Below are positions 9,974-19,919 of a DNA stretch of 64,000 bases, piece after piece. Made by a program: the position numbers and the translations under genes. Origin of the DNA: Parcubacteria bacterium C7867-001 (GTDB taxonomy: Bacteria; Patescibacteriota; Minisyncoccia; Phycocordibacterales; Phycocordibacteraceae); contig LFCK01000002.1 in NCBI GenBank assembly GCA_001189095.1, positions 1,937 to 65,936 of the forward strand, read 5' to 3'. The notes below the pieces were generated by a model, which saw only the letters and a program-made list of their open reading frames with translations, was not told the origin of the DNA and ran no database searches. How positions within the stretch are numbered: position 1 is the stretch's first letter; the number at the start of each line of letters is the position of its first letter.

Positions 9974-10300
9974 ATGTTTCTGCGCGGCGCCATCGTTCTT
10001 GCTCTCGGTGCCCTCCTTATATACGGACTGGTGAAGGGCTACCCGCTTCTGCGCGGCCCCGAGCTTGCCCTAGAGTCCCCTGTTGACGGCGCTTCAGCGG
10101 AAGGCGGCTTTATCCTTGTACGCGGCACGGCCCATAGGTCTGAGACGCTCACGCTCAATGGCGCCCCGCTCCTTATGGACAAGGAAGGTCATTTCTCAAA
10201 GGAACTCCCCCTCCCTCGCGGGGGCGCTATACTATCTCTAACGGCGCATGATCGGTTCGGTCGGGAGATAACCGTAGAGCGTAGCGTCTTTGTTCCTTAA
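9974..10300 (+). CDS. membrane-anchored small Ig-like domain protein
   Basis: N-terminal TM, 'LTAHDRFG' Ig-like terminal strand. Confidence 0.6.
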   Translation: MFLRGAIVLALGALLIYGLVKGYPLLRGPELALESPVDGASAEGGFILVRGTAHRSETLTLNGAPLLMDKEGHFSKELPLPRGGAILSLTAHDRFGREITVERSVFVP

Positions 10301-10344
10301 CCGTTCGTGTTTGGACGTTACCTATAAAAATTAATGCGTTAGCT

Positions 10345-11436
10345 ATGGCGAAAAAGACTGCAAGCAAGAAAGCTTCGAAAATCAAAGATACTGCCGAAGA
10401 TATTCCCCTTCACGTAATGGAAGAGGGTGATTTGCCTAAAGGAAAAGCGGAAGCTGCGAAGAGTAAATCCATCGAGCTTGCGATCAAAGAAATAAAAACG
10501 AAATTCGGCGAGGAAGCCATCATGACGTTCGGAGCAGGAAAAATCGCTGCGGTCCCTTCTATACCAACAGGCTCCATCGGCCTTGATGCCGCACTCGGCA
10601 TCGGAGGGCTTCCCCGTGGACGCATCATTGAAATTTTTGGACCGGAATCTTCCGGCAAAACAACCCTCGCACTTCATGCAATCGCTGAGGCGCAGAAGAA
10701 AGGCGGCGTATGCGCCTTCGTCGATGCAGAGCACGCACTCGACCCAGCGTACGCACGCCGCATCGGCGTGAAGCTTGAGGAGCTTCTCATCTCGCAACCC
10801 GACACCGGAGAGCAAGCACTTGAAATCGTTGACTCCCTTGTTCGCTCGAATTCGGTCGATATTATCGTGGTCGACTCAGTCGCTGCTCTTACGCCAAAAG
10901 ACGAACTCGAGGGTGAAATGGGCCAGCAACACATGGGCCGTCAGGCGCGACTTATGGCGCAGGCGCTTCGCAAGCTCACCGGCATCACCTCAAAATCAAA
11001 GACGATTATTATTTTCATCAACCAGATCCGCATGCAGATTGGGGTGATGTTTGGTAATCCGGAAACGACACCGGGGGGCAAATCACTTAAATTCTATGCG
11101 TCCGTGCGTCTCGATATTCGCCGTATCGCCCAGATAAAGAAAGGTGAAGAGGTTGTGGGAGGCCGCGTACGCGTGAAAGTGGTGAAGAACAAAGTCGCTG
11201 CGCCATTCAAGACAACTGAATTCGACCTTCTCTACAACGAAGGCATTAGTCGCGAAGGAGAAATCATCGCGCTTGGAGAGAAGCACGATATCATTCAGAA
11301 ATCAGGAGCGAGCTATAAGTACGGCGAGACCGCACTTGGCCGCGGATACGACGCGACTCGCACCTTCCTCCGCGACAACAAGCCGATAACCCGAGAAATC
11401 CTTAAGCAGATTGAGGCGAAGATTGCTGCCGAGTAG
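10345..11436 (+). CDS. recA: recombinase RecA
   Basis: [36 protein letters not shown]. Confidence 0.99.
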   Translation: MAKKTASKKASKIKDTAEDIPLHVMEEGDLPKGKAEAAKSKSIELAIKEIKTKFGEEAIMTFGAGKIAAVPSIPTGSIGLDAALGIGGLPRGRIIEIFGPESSGKTTLALHAIAEAQKKGGVCAFVDAEHALDPAYARRIGVKLEELLISQPDTGEQALEIVDSLVRSNSVDIIVVDSVAALTPKDELEGEMGQQHMGRQARLMAQALRKLTGITSKSKTIIIFINQIRMQIGVMFGNPETTPGGKSLKFYASVRLDIRRIAQIKKGEEVVGGRVRVKVVKNKVAAPFKTTEFDLLYNEGISREGEIIALGEKHDIIQKSGASYKYGETALGRGYDATRTFLRDNKPITREILKQIEAKIAAE

Positions 11437-11450
11437 CGGCGACGTTCCTC

Positions 11451-11768
11451 CTAAGCGCGAACGAGAGTGGTGTGCCCAATAGCGTGGGCGGTTTCGCGTG
11501 CGAGCCAGATGAGCGCGCCGAGGGAAACGATGGAGAGCGCCTGAACGACGAAGCGAGTGTTGAGGAACGCTGCGGTGAGGTAGGTGGTGATCGTCCCGTT
11601 CCCGAGCGCATTCGAAAGATTCTCGAACACGTGTGCCACCCACACTTCCCTTCCAATGCCATAGAGCGCAAGGACGAAAACGACCAGCGAGAGTGCGGTT
11701 GCAGAGACAAGCGGACGCAACGCATGGGCGGTGCGCACGCGAGACATAACGATTGATTTGGTATCCAT
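11451..11768 (-). CDS. two-TM protein, candidate anti-sigma factor
   Basis: Directly downstream of the ECF sigma; two TM helices. Confidence 0.5.
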   Translation of the reverse strand: MDTKSIVMSRVRTAHALRPLVSATALSLVVFVLALYGIGREVWVAHVFENLSNALGNGTITTYLTAAFLNTRFVVQALSIVSLGALIWLARETAHAIGHTTLVRA

Positions 11769-11775
11769 ACGAAAA

Positions 11776-12348
11776 TTATAGCTGGTTGGTTTCTTGTAAT
11801 GCGTCCTTGAACTGCTTCTTGGCTCGATGTACGCGAGTCTTTACTGCCGACACCGTACTTCCCTCAAGCGCCGCGATTTCCTCCTGCGTCTTCCCTTCTA
11901 TGAACTGAAGCCTGAGGATGCGGGCGGCCGTATCGGGAATACGCGCGAGCGCAGCAAGCACTTCGCTTCGTATTGAGAGATCTTCGAGAAACACATCTTC
12001 TTCTCCCAACTTTTCATATAACTCGGGATCAAGGTCTTGGGTTACGCTGCGCTTTTTCTTCAGTTTCTGGTAGCGCGTGAAGGCAAGACGCGTAAGGATG
12101 GCGTACGCCCACGAGGAGAACGACGCCCCTTCCTGTGGTGTGTACCGGTCCGCATAGACGTAGATGCGCGTAAAGGCATCCTGCACCACCTCTTCCGCGT
12201 CCTCATGGCTGTAGATGATGGACTTCGCTTTCCGAAGAAAAGCTGCCTCGTACCGATCAACGAGCACCGCAAAGAGTTCTGGATTCTTTCGGGACGCCGA
12301 AAGAACCTCCTCGTCTCTAAGGTTGGTAGTTTCGGTTGAAATGCTCAT
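11776..12348 (-). CDS. ECF-type RNA polymerase sigma factor
   Basis: 'DAEEVVQDAF', 'FSSWAYAI', region 4 'QEEIAALEGSTVSAVKTRVHRAK'. Confidence 0.9.
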   Translation of the reverse strand: MSISTETTNLRDEEVLSASRKNPELFAVLVDRYEAAFLRKAKSIIYSHEDAEEVVQDAFTRIYVYADRYTPQEGASFSSWAYAILTRLAFTRYQKLKKKRSVTQDLDPELYEKLGEEDVFLEDLSIRSEVLAALARIPDTAARILRLQFIEGKTQEEIAALEGSTVSAVKTRVHRAKKQFKDALQETNQL

Positions 12349-12407
12349 GATGTCCTGTATGATACCCCTATCTCGCCCTTGGCGATATTTTTTATAACCC
12401 CGCGACC

Positions 12408-12983
12408 ATGGCAATCCTCTCATACAACGAAATCGTCCAGAAAACCGTCATCGACTACAACGGCGAGCCGTACAAAGTGCTCTCTTCGCACGTCTTCCGC
12501 ATGCAGCAGCGTAAGCCCGTGAACCAGACCAAGCTTCAGCACCTCGTGTCTGGCAAGGTCGTTGAAATCTCCTTCCATCAGAACGAAAGCGTTCCTGAAG
12601 CGGAAATCGAGCGCATGGAGACCACCTACCTCTACACGAACCGTGGCGAAAGCTGGTTTGCTGAGAAAGGAAACCCTAAGAATCGTTTCTCCTTCCCCGA
12701 GGACGCCGTGCATGAAAAAGTTCAGTGGCTCATACCAAACTTCGAAGTCGAAGTGCTTGTCTACAAGGAGAAACCAATCACGCTCGAAATCCCCGTGAAG
12801 GTTGAGCTCAAGGTTACCGAAGCACCTCCAGCAGTTAAAGGTGACACGGCAACTGGAGGAAATAAATTAGTTACGCTTGAAAGCGGCGCGACCGTTACTA
12901 CTCCCCTCTTCATCAATGAGGGCGACCTTGTGAAGGTGAATACTGAGACTGGAGAATACGTGGAAAGGATGGAGAAAGCATAA
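12408..12983 (+). CDS. efp: elongation factor P
   Basis: PPAVKGDTA...PLFINEGD...GEYVER. Confidence 0.95.
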   Translation: MAILSYNEIVQKTVIDYNGEPYKVLSSHVFRMQQRKPVNQTKLQHLVSGKVVEISFHQNESVPEAEIERMETTYLYTNRGESWFAEKGNPKNRFSFPEDAVHEKVQWLIPNFEVEVLVYKEKPITLEIPVKVELKVTEAPPAVKGDTATGGNKLVTLESGATVTTPLFINEGDLVKVNTETGEYVERMEKA

Positions 12984-13105
12984 CAGCGCACTGCTGCGCT
13001 GTTATGCTTTTCGAAATCGGCCGGAGGCATGTTTTGCGAGCACGCAAAACAGCCGAGGCGGGATCGCGGAAGTTTGCGAGCGACGGGGAGCAAAATATCC
13101 GTGAT
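12975..13105 (+). repeat. structured dispersed element, copy A
   Basis: 16-bp hairpin with CTGC loop, then GCC-GGA-GGC-AT-[GTTTTGC/GCAAAAC]-A-GCC-GA-GGC...ATCGCGGA..TCCGTGAT. Confidence 0.8.
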
Positions 13106-13242
13106 TGGAGAAAGCGTAACCTTCACGAAATAAGCACACGGAGGCGTGCTATCGTTCGATGAGAAGTTCTGTTAGCCCGCAGGAACTATGGAGCGAAACG
13201 GGTCCTGTTGGGCTTCGCGGGCACAACCCGTTACGCAATTCA

Positions 13243-13272
13243 AAAGGCCCGCCGCATATGCGGCGGGCCTTT
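13243..13272. terminator. intrinsic terminator after rpsR
   Basis: AAAGGCCCGCCGCATATGCGGCGGGCCTTT perfect palindrome. Confidence 0.75.
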
Positions 13273-13285
13273 CTCATTTGCCTAG

Positions 13286-13492
13286 TTAGGCCTGGAGGTA
13301 CGGCATGAGCGCCATATAGCGGGCGCGCTTTATCGCAAGCGTGATTTCGCGCTGCTTCCCTGCTGAAACGCCCGTGCGCTTCTTTGAGAGAATCTTTGCG
13401 TACGGATTCGTGAACTGACGCAGATACACCACGTCCTTGTAGTCGACGAATTTCTTATTCTCTATTTCCTCCCGTTCTGCTTGAAATGCCAT
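13286..13492 (-). CDS. rpsR: 30S ribosomal protein S18
   Basis: VDYKDV...AIKRARYMALMPY. Confidence 0.96.
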   Translation of the reverse strand: MAFQAEREEIENKKFVDYKDVVYLRQFTNPYAKILSKKRTGVSAGKQREITLAIKRARYMALMPYLQA

Positions 13493-13526
13493 AGTTCCCC
13501 CACCTTATCCTAGAGCGTCCCTGATG

Positions 13527-13982
13527 TCAAAAAGGAATATCCTCGGGATTGATCTCTTCGTCAGGGTACTGGATATCGCCGCCCTTATCCGATGGAGCGT
13601 CCTGACCGTAGTCTTCGCGCGGCGCCGAAGAGCGACTGCCACCCCCTTCGCCCGTGCCACCACCCGAGCCGAACTGGAAGGTGTCGACGATGATTTCAGT
13701 TCGATAGTTCTTCTTACCGTCCGCTTCCCACGAACGGGTCTGAAGTCGTCCTTCGATAAAAAGCGGACGCCCCTTCTTCATGTACTGACCGATGACTTCC
13801 GCCGTGCGACCGAAGGCAACGACATTGTGATACTCGACCTGCTCCTGCTTCGCGCCATTCTTGTCCTTGTAGGTACGATTCGTCGCAATCGAGAAATTAG
13901 CGACCTGCTGCCCCGACGGAAGCGCTTTCACTTCCGGATCGCGGGTGAGGTTACCGTATAAAAATACTTTGTTGAGATACAT
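13527..13982 (-). CDS. ssb: single-stranded DNA-binding protein
   Basis: LNKVFLYGNLTRDPE, EGRLQTRSW, acidic DIPF tail. Confidence 0.98.
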   Translation of the reverse strand: MYLNKVFLYGNLTRDPEVKALPSGQQVANFSIATNRTYKDKNGAKQEQVEYHNVVAFGRTAEVIGQYMKKGRPLFIEGRLQTRSWEADGKKNYRTEIIVDTFQFGSGGGTGEGGGSRSSAPREDYGQDAPSDKGGDIQYPDEEINPEDIPF

Positions 13983-14132
13983 ATGCAGTGATTTATGAGT
14001 CTTCTAGAAGCGAGGCCGCACCGCCAACTGACGAAGCGACACGCTACCCGTAAGTATACCCCTTCCTTGGGTACGCGCGATAAAAGAAAAGAGCCCGTAG
14101 GTACGGGCTCTTTTCTGCGGAGAAACTAGTGG

Positions 14133-14639
14133 TTATACGCCAACCTCTTTGAGAGCAGCATCGATCTCAGAATCTGAGACCTCTTCATCCTGCCCTTCGT
14201 CGGCACCCGCCTTCTCTGCGGCCTTGAGCATGATCTCATGCATCTCAGCTGCATGGCGGGCGGCATCCTTGTCCGTACGAATATCGAGGAAACGGAACAC
14301 GCTCTTCTCGGCGCGAACGGCCTCCTGTACGGCCTGATGACCTTCGCCGTCAGTTTCGTATGCAATCCACGCGAAGAAACTTGCGGAAAAATCGCGGCGA
14401 CCTGCGGTCTCCATGCGCGAAACGACGTACGCGAGCTGAACCTTTTGTGGTTCGCCCTCTGCGACTACTTCTCCAGCCTTCGCGATCTGCTCGCGCACAT
14501 GCTTGTAGACCTGAGCGGCATCCTCAGCAGGAAGCTCGCCATCAATATGGAAACCAAGTTCATACACACGCTTTTCAGCGTGGTCGGCATCAATGAGTTC
14601 TGCCTCGTTTTCGAGGACCTCCTTTTCCTTCTTAGCCAT
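14133..14639 (-). CDS. rpsF: 30S ribosomal protein S6
   Basis: RVYELGFH...VQLAYVV; rpsF-ssb-rpsR synteny. Confidence 0.85.
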   Translation of the reverse strand: MAKKEKEVLENEAELIDADHAEKRVYELGFHIDGELPAEDAAQVYKHVREQIAKAGEVVAEGEPQKVQLAYVVSRMETAGRRDFSASFFAWIAYETDGEGHQAVQEAVRAEKSVFRFLDIRTDKDAARHAAEMHEIMLKAAEKAGADEGQDEEVSDSEIDAALKEVGV

Positions 14640-14748
14640 GATTGGGGCATCCTACCACGGCCCATTTTGAACAGCAAATAGGCCTAAGCCACAAAAAACC
14701 CCGGAGCTTGTAGCTCCGGGGTTGTGAACCGTGTGTGTTCGGTTCGAT

Positions 14749-15591
14749 TTAGAACACGAGGACCGAGACGGCATACGCCATCCCGACTTGGCCGCCGCCA
14801 TAGGCGAGGGCCGAGGCGACATTCTTCGTCGACACCATCTGCTCGAGCGTTTGCCAACGCACGATCAGGAAGTCGACGAGCCAGCCGGCGATGTACAGGA
14901 ACAAGAGCCCTGCCGCTGCCGTAATGCCGAATGCCGTTAGGTCTTCGGCCCAGCCGGTGAACTGGCCGCCGGCCGCCATCGCAATGATGAGACCGAACGC
15001 CCAGAACTTCGCACCCATGATGACGCCAGCCGACAGATTGCCGGCTTCGACTTCTTTCACGAGCGCCGCTTTCCCATGAACGAGGGAGAACGACCACGCC
15101 ATGAACACGAGCGCGAGCTGACCGAGCGCGAAGAACGCGATCACGGGCAGCATGCCGCCGTTGGCGCCGCCAATGGCCGCGTGGGCGATGAGGCCCGTTG
15201 CGACCATGCTGCCGACTTCAGTCGCCGCGACGGCGCTGTTGCCGCCCTTCACCGCTGATGAGTTCGCCACGTTGGGGAGAACGAGTGCATCGTTCACCAA
15301 CAGCGCGATCTGCATCATCACGATGAGAAGGCCGGCGTATTCAGCCGTCACGATGAGGTCCGCAGTGAGATTGCCGCTCGACTCGCCGACGAGGATGCCG
15401 GAAAAGCCGATGAGCGTGCCAAGCAGGAAGCCGCCGCGGCGTAAGCCGATAGCGTTGTTGCCCGCGAGGAATTCAGCCGACGAAGTGGAGCGTTCCCGAA
15501 TCCTTAGCAGGAAGTCGGAAATGACCAATGTCAGCACCGCTACCCCAAGATAGGGCAGCAGCAGAAGCAGTTTCGGCAAAAGTGCCGTCAT
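14749..15591 (-). CDS. DUF350-family membrane protein (tandem repeats)
   Basis: Repeated 'GNNAIGL', 'GNSAVAA', 'GNLSAGV', 'KNVASAL' motifs between TM hairpins; GGAGG SD. Confidence 0.7.
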   Translation of the reverse strand: MTALLPKLLLLLPYLGVAVLTLVISDFLLRIRERSTSSAEFLAGNNAIGLRRGGFLLGTLIGFSGILVGESSGNLTADLIVTAEYAGLLIVMMQIALLVNDALVLPNVANSSAVKGGNSAVAATEVGSMVATGLIAHAAIGGANGGMLPVIAFFALGQLALVFMAWSFSLVHGKAALVKEVEAGNLSAGVIMGAKFWAFGLIIAMAAGGQFTGWAEDLTAFGITAAAGLLFLYIAGWLVDFLIVRWQTLEQMVSTKNVASALAYGGGQVGMAYAVSVLVF

Positions 15592-15685
15592 AGAGGAATC
15601 CTCCGTTTGTGTAGTCCAACGAACTGCCGACCTCGACTGAGGCCTGCAATCCGCTCAGGACCATAGCATTAAAAGTACCCTAGTG

Positions 15686-16480
15686 TCAATTGTTCGGGAG
15701 CGCGAACATTAGACGAGCATTCTGCAGGAGACTTGCTCGAACCACCTCTTCGTCCTCACTACGAATGGAGGCAAGAGCCTTCACCACGTCCCGAACGGCC
15801 AGTGGATCATTGCGTTTACCCCGATTCCCTGCCGGCGCAGCATACGGCGCGTCAGTCTCGGTGAGAATATTTGAAAGCGGAAGCGAACGAATCGTCTCGT
15901 CGTAATCGTGCGTAAAGGTAAGAACGGCTGTATAGGAAAGCGTGAAGTCAATCGAGACGAACTTCGCAGCAGTCACAGCGTCACCCACGAAGAAATGCAT
16001 ATCACCTCGCAGCTCCTGATGCGCATCCTTGTAAGGTTTTAGAATGTCGAACGCATCATCATAGGCATCCATCGTTCCCTTACTCGGTCGCGCGTGAATC
16101 ATGAGTGGTTTTCCAGTCTCTATCGCAAGTTCAATGTGCTTCTTAAAAATATCTTTTTGTCGTGCCTTTTCGGACTCCGGCTCTTCGGGACGATAGTAAT
16201 CAAGTCCGCATTCGCCTATCGCAACGACGTTCGGGCTCTGCGCAAGTGCGCGCATCGCGTCCATATCAAAAACCTCGTCCGGCGTATCGTTCGGGTGAAG
16301 GCCCACCGAAGCGAAAAGCGTCACACCGTTAGCGAGCGCGATCGCTTTCTCGGATGATTCCCTATCAACCCCGACGATGATGCCGCCAACTTCCGCCTCT
16401 TTCATGGAGGCGATGACCGCACTACGATCATCGTCATACTGATGCATCTGGATGTGGCAGTGAGCGTCGAAATACTTCAT
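15686..16480 (-). CDS. tatD: TatD family hydrolase
   Basis: DAHCH, GLHP, AIGECGLDY, TETDAPY. Confidence 0.95.
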   Translation of the reverse strand: MKYFDAHCHIQMHQYDDDRSAVIASMKEAEVGGIIVGVDRESSEKAIALANGVTLFASVGLHPNDTPDEVFDMDAMRALAQSPNVVAIGECGLDYYRPEEPESEKARQKDIFKKHIELAIETGKPLMIHARPSKGTMDAYDDAFDILKPYKDAHQELRGDMHFFVGDAVTAAKFVSIDFTLSYTAVLTFTHDYDETIRSLPLSNILTETDAPYAAPAGNRGKRNDPLAVRDVVKALASIRSEDEEVVRASLLQNARLMFALPNN

Positions 16481-16533
16481 GCAGGAACCTTACCATAGGA
16501 GAGGCCACGCATCGCTGCGTGGCCTCATCCCCT

Positions 16534-16743
16534 TTAGTCTTCGGCTGGGGGAGCCGGAAGTGCAGCGACGAGCGCCGCAAACGCGGTTGGGGCGGAAAGC
16601 CCGAACGCGCGCCGAGCTTGAGCGAACTCCTTGATGCTTCCATCGTAGAGGTCGAGCTCGTTCTTCATTTGACCGATGATCTGAGCGCTTTCAGCCATTC
16701 CGGCGTAGAGCGTCTCGAGCGTCGAATCTTGTTCTTGGGCCAT
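16534..16743 (-). CDS. small hypothetical protein
   Basis: 69 aa, AAGGAG SD, consensus promoter upstream. Confidence 0.6.
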   Translation of the reverse strand: MAQEQDSTLETLYAGMAESAQIIGQMKNELDLYDGSIKEFAQARRAFGLSAPTAFAALVAALPAPPAED

Positions 16744-16789
16744 TCGTTCTCCTTTCAGGGGTCAGAGGTGGCACCACACCCTGATTTCT

Positions 16790-16818
16790 ATTATATAACA
16801 ATATAGACAGATAGTCAA
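16790..16818 (-). promoter_or_regulatory. sigma70 promoter
   Basis: TTGACT-17-TATAAT. Confidence 0.75.
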
Positions 16819-16871
16819 TATACCCAAGGACGGCCTAGGTAAGGCCTCTGTCCGTAAACGGCAGCAGACTG

Positions 16872-18308
16872 CTAGCCCAGTCTGGGAAAGAGGTTCTCGG
16901 GCTTTTTATTTTCTTGTACCGCAGCGAGTATTTTCGCCGACGTCTCCGGCATAACGCATGAAAGGTGTACCGTGAGTTTCGCGAGGTGACGCACGAGCTT
17001 TTCGATATCCTCCTTTGCTTCGTCTTTGGTAGCCTCGTCTTTTATCTTCTTATACGGTTCCCTGCTCGTCATATATTCATCTCCCTTTGCGACATGTTCG
17101 AAGATGAGATCCATTGCTTCGTTAAAGGCCTGATTTTTTATTTTGAGCGAAAAAGCAGTCTCAACCGGCGTGTTGGTTTCCGAAAGAGATACTGACTCAG
17201 TGCAGTGCTCTTCAGCAAGCTTCATAATGCGTGCAACGAGATTGCCAAGACCGTTCACGAGATTTGCGGTGTACCACTCATCGAGTTTCTCCCACGTAAC
17301 ATCAGAGTCTTCAGTTGGGTGCACGTGACGCAGGAGAAGGTAGCGCGTTGCTTCGGCGCCGTATTTCGCAACGAGCTCGTACGGGTTAATGACGTTCCCA
17401 AGTGACTTACTCATCTTCTGACCGCCACTCGTGATGAAGCCGTGATAGAACACCTGATCGGTATTCTTTACGTTTGCAGACATAAGCATCGCCTGCCACA
17501 TGAGCGACTGGAAACGCACCTGATCCTTCCCCGCTACCTGAAGCGTCGTGCCGTTCACCCAGAACTTCTCGAAATTGCCGTTCGGATCGCTCGGCCAGCC
17601 AAGCGTTGAAACGTAATCAGTAAGCGCATCGAACCAGACGTACATGACCTGCGACTCGTCATCCGGTACCGGGATACCCCACGAAAGACGCGACGCTTCG
17701 CGCGAAATACTGAAGTCCTCAAGACCGTTTTTTACGAAGTTAAGGGCTTCCTCGCGTCGCCACGAAGGAATGACACAGTCTGTGCGCGAAAGATACGCGA
17801 GGAGACGATCTTGATACTTCGAGAACGCAAAGAAATAATTCTCTTCTTGAATGAGCTGCAGCTCAAGATTGGGATGGAGAACGCAGCGATCATTCTCTAT
17901 TTCGCGCTCAGTCTTAAACGCTTCGCATCCGACACAGTACCTGCCGGTATATTTTTTCTTATAGATATCGCCCGCCGCATTGCAGCGGCGCCACATCTCC
18001 TGCGCCGCCTCCACATGGTGCGCGTCGGTCGTGCGGATGAACGTCGGATTATCGAGCGCAAGCGCGTCCTTCAGTTTTCGAAACTCGGCCGCATAGTGAT
18101 CCACGTATGCCTGTACGCTCTCCCCTTTCTTCTCGGCCGCCTCGAAAATCTTTTGCCCGTGCTCATCAGTACCCGTGTTGAAAAAGACCTCTTCGCCTTC
18201 GCTCCGATACTGACGAACGAGCACGTCGGCTTGTACGAGCTCGAGTGCAAAGCCGATGTGAGGATCGGCGTTCACGTATGGAAGAGTTGTCGTTATGTAT
18301 CGAGGCAT
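16872..18308 (-). CDS. metG: methionyl-tRNA synthetase (short form)
   Basis: YITTTLPYVNADPHIG, YVWFDAL, KMSKS. Confidence 0.97.
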   Translation of the reverse strand: MPRYITTTLPYVNADPHIGFALELVQADVLVRQYRSEGEEVFFNTGTDEHGQKIFEAAEKKGESVQAYVDHYAAEFRKLKDALALDNPTFIRTTDAHHVEAAQEMWRRCNAAGDIYKKKYTGRYCVGCEAFKTEREIENDRCVLHPNLELQLIQEENYFFAFSKYQDRLLAYLSRTDCVIPSWRREEALNFVKNGLEDFSISREASRLSWGIPVPDDESQVMYVWFDALTDYVSTLGWPSDPNGNFEKFWVNGTTLQVAGKDQVRFQSLMWQAMLMSANVKNTDQVFYHGFITSGGQKMSKSLGNVINPYELVAKYGAEATRYLLLRHVHPTEDSDVTWEKLDEWYTANLVNGLGNLVARIMKLAEEHCTESVSLSETNTPVETAFSLKIKNQAFNEAMDLIFEHVAKGDEYMTSREPYKKIKDEATKDEAKEDIEKLVRHLAKLTVHLSCVMPETSAKILAAVQENKKPENLFPRLG

Positions 18309-19361
18309 TTACACCGCGGTTTGCGCGCGCTTGCCGCGATCAAGGTCGTCTATGAATTCACGGAGTGCGGCAGCAAGCGGAACGGAGAGGAGAACACCGA
18401 GGAATCCCGCGAGTGTGCCACCGGCGATAAGCGCGAGAATGACGAGGAGCGGCGGGATGCCCACCACCTTATTCACCACGAGCGGATAGAGGAGGTTCGC
18501 TTCAAACTGGTTCACGATGAAATACCAGCCTGCAACAAGAAGACCGAGCGTGAGGCCGCCCGAGGAAAGGGCGATGATAACCGCAAGTACGCCAGCAAAG
18601 GGCGAACCGAAGATCGGAATGAGATCGAAAATAGCTGCGAGAACCGCGAGAAGCAACGCGTACGGAACACCAAGAATAAGAAGTCCGAGGTAGACGAGTA
18701 CGCCCACGAGGAGCGAAAGGATGAGCTGGCCCTGCATCCAGAGACCGATTTTACGCTTCGCACGCTGCCATAGGTCGACGACATACTCCTCGTGCCTTTG
18801 CGGCGTAACGAGTCGTAGGAAGTCGTCGACACCGGTGTCGCGAATCGCGAAATAGAACGAGAGCACGATGACAAGCATGAGCGAGAACAAGCCCCCGAAG
18901 AATGAGGAGATGACACGAACGGCGCCCGACGGATCACCAAATGCTGACTGGAACGCGAACAGCATGTCGATGAGCGACTGGCCTTGGCTTTGTGTTTCCG
19001 AAAGAAGCGGAGTTACTGCTGGATCAAGTGAATGAGGAAGATCGAGCGTTTCAAGATACTGCGGGAGACCGGTCACGAAGCCTCGAGCGTCATCGACGAT
19101 AGGCGGGAACATGAAATACACGACGCTGAAGAGCGACCCGAACACCACGACATACATGAGCAGCACCGCGAACACGCGCGGAAGCTTATAGCGCATGATG
19201 CCAGCGACACCCGGCTCGATAGCGGAAGCGAGGACGATGGCAGTGATCACCAGAAGGGCCATGTCGCGCAGCGCCCAGAGCGCTGCTGCGACTGAGACAA
19301 TGACCAGAATCCGGATCATTGTGCCGGTCGTAATGGAGATGGTGGTGACGGGCTTTTCCAT
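18309..19361 (-). CDS. AI-2E family transporter
   Basis: 'QFEANLLYPLVV...GFLGVLLSVPLAA'. Confidence 0.9.
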   Translation of the reverse strand: MEKPVTTISITTGTMIRILVIVSVAAALWALRDMALLVITAIVLASAIEPGVAGIMRYKLPRVFAVLLMYVVVFGSLFSVVYFMFPPIVDDARGFVTGLPQYLETLDLPHSLDPAVTPLLSETQSQGQSLIDMLFAFQSAFGDPSGAVRVISSFFGGLFSLMLVIVLSFYFAIRDTGVDDFLRLVTPQRHEEYVVDLWQRAKRKIGLWMQGQLILSLLVGVLVYLGLLILGVPYALLLAVLAAIFDLIPIFGSPFAGVLAVIIALSSGGLTLGLLVAGWYFIVNQFEANLLYPLVVNKVVGIPPLLVILALIAGGTLAGFLGVLLSVPLAAALREFIDDLDRGKRAQTAV

Positions 19362-19406
19362 AGCTGGATACTAGCATACAGCGGCGGATTTCTCCGCCGC
19401 TGCGTG

Positions 19407-19868
19407 TTATGCCCTTTCTTGATAGAGAACGAGCTCTTCGCGGAGCTTCATCCAGATCTTGCCGAGCATATTCTGCCCTTTTTGATCTGGACCCCAGCCC
19501 CAGAACGAATCCTTGTGGGAATCCTCAATGATTTCCCGCGTGCCCGTCTCAAGGAGACGCCGACGAATGAATTCGTGTTGCTGCAACTTGGCGCGGCAGA
19601 TCTCTTCCATAACAGTAATCTTGATAGATTCCCAGTCCTCGCGCTTGTATTGCTCATTTGCATGAGCGATCAGTTTTGCGTCATGTGCCGATCGCGCTTG
19701 CTGAATGATGCGCTTGAGGTGCGGACTCGAGAACTTCGCCGCTTGATAGGCGTGCTCGGACGTCATCCAGAGCTCGTCGCGCCATTCAACGGCGAACGAC
19801 GCAAAATTCGAAAAGCAATAGAACCGCCGCTCGTAGAAGAGCACTGGCTCGAGAACAGTATCCGACAT
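19407..19868 (-). CDS. NADAR (YbiA-like) protein
   Basis: FSNF, TSEHAYQAAKF, DSFWG, GQNMLGKIWMKLRE. Confidence 0.93.
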   Translation of the reverse strand: MSDTVLEPVLFYERRFYCFSNFASFAVEWRDELWMTSEHAYQAAKFSSPHLKRIIQQARSAHDAKLIAHANEQYKREDWESIKITVMEEICRAKLQQHEFIRRRLLETGTREIIEDSHKDSFWGWGPDQKGQNMLGKIWMKLREELVLYQERA

Positions 19869-19919
19869 CAAGAGTCTCCTTCTTCTGCCGAAGATACTAC
19901 TCGAAGGAGGGGTGAAAAG

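Noticed and set aside
13150-13236. Hammerhead-like words (TCGATGA...GAAAC...GTT)
   Set aside because: The core is not CTGATGA, and stems I and II do not close properly
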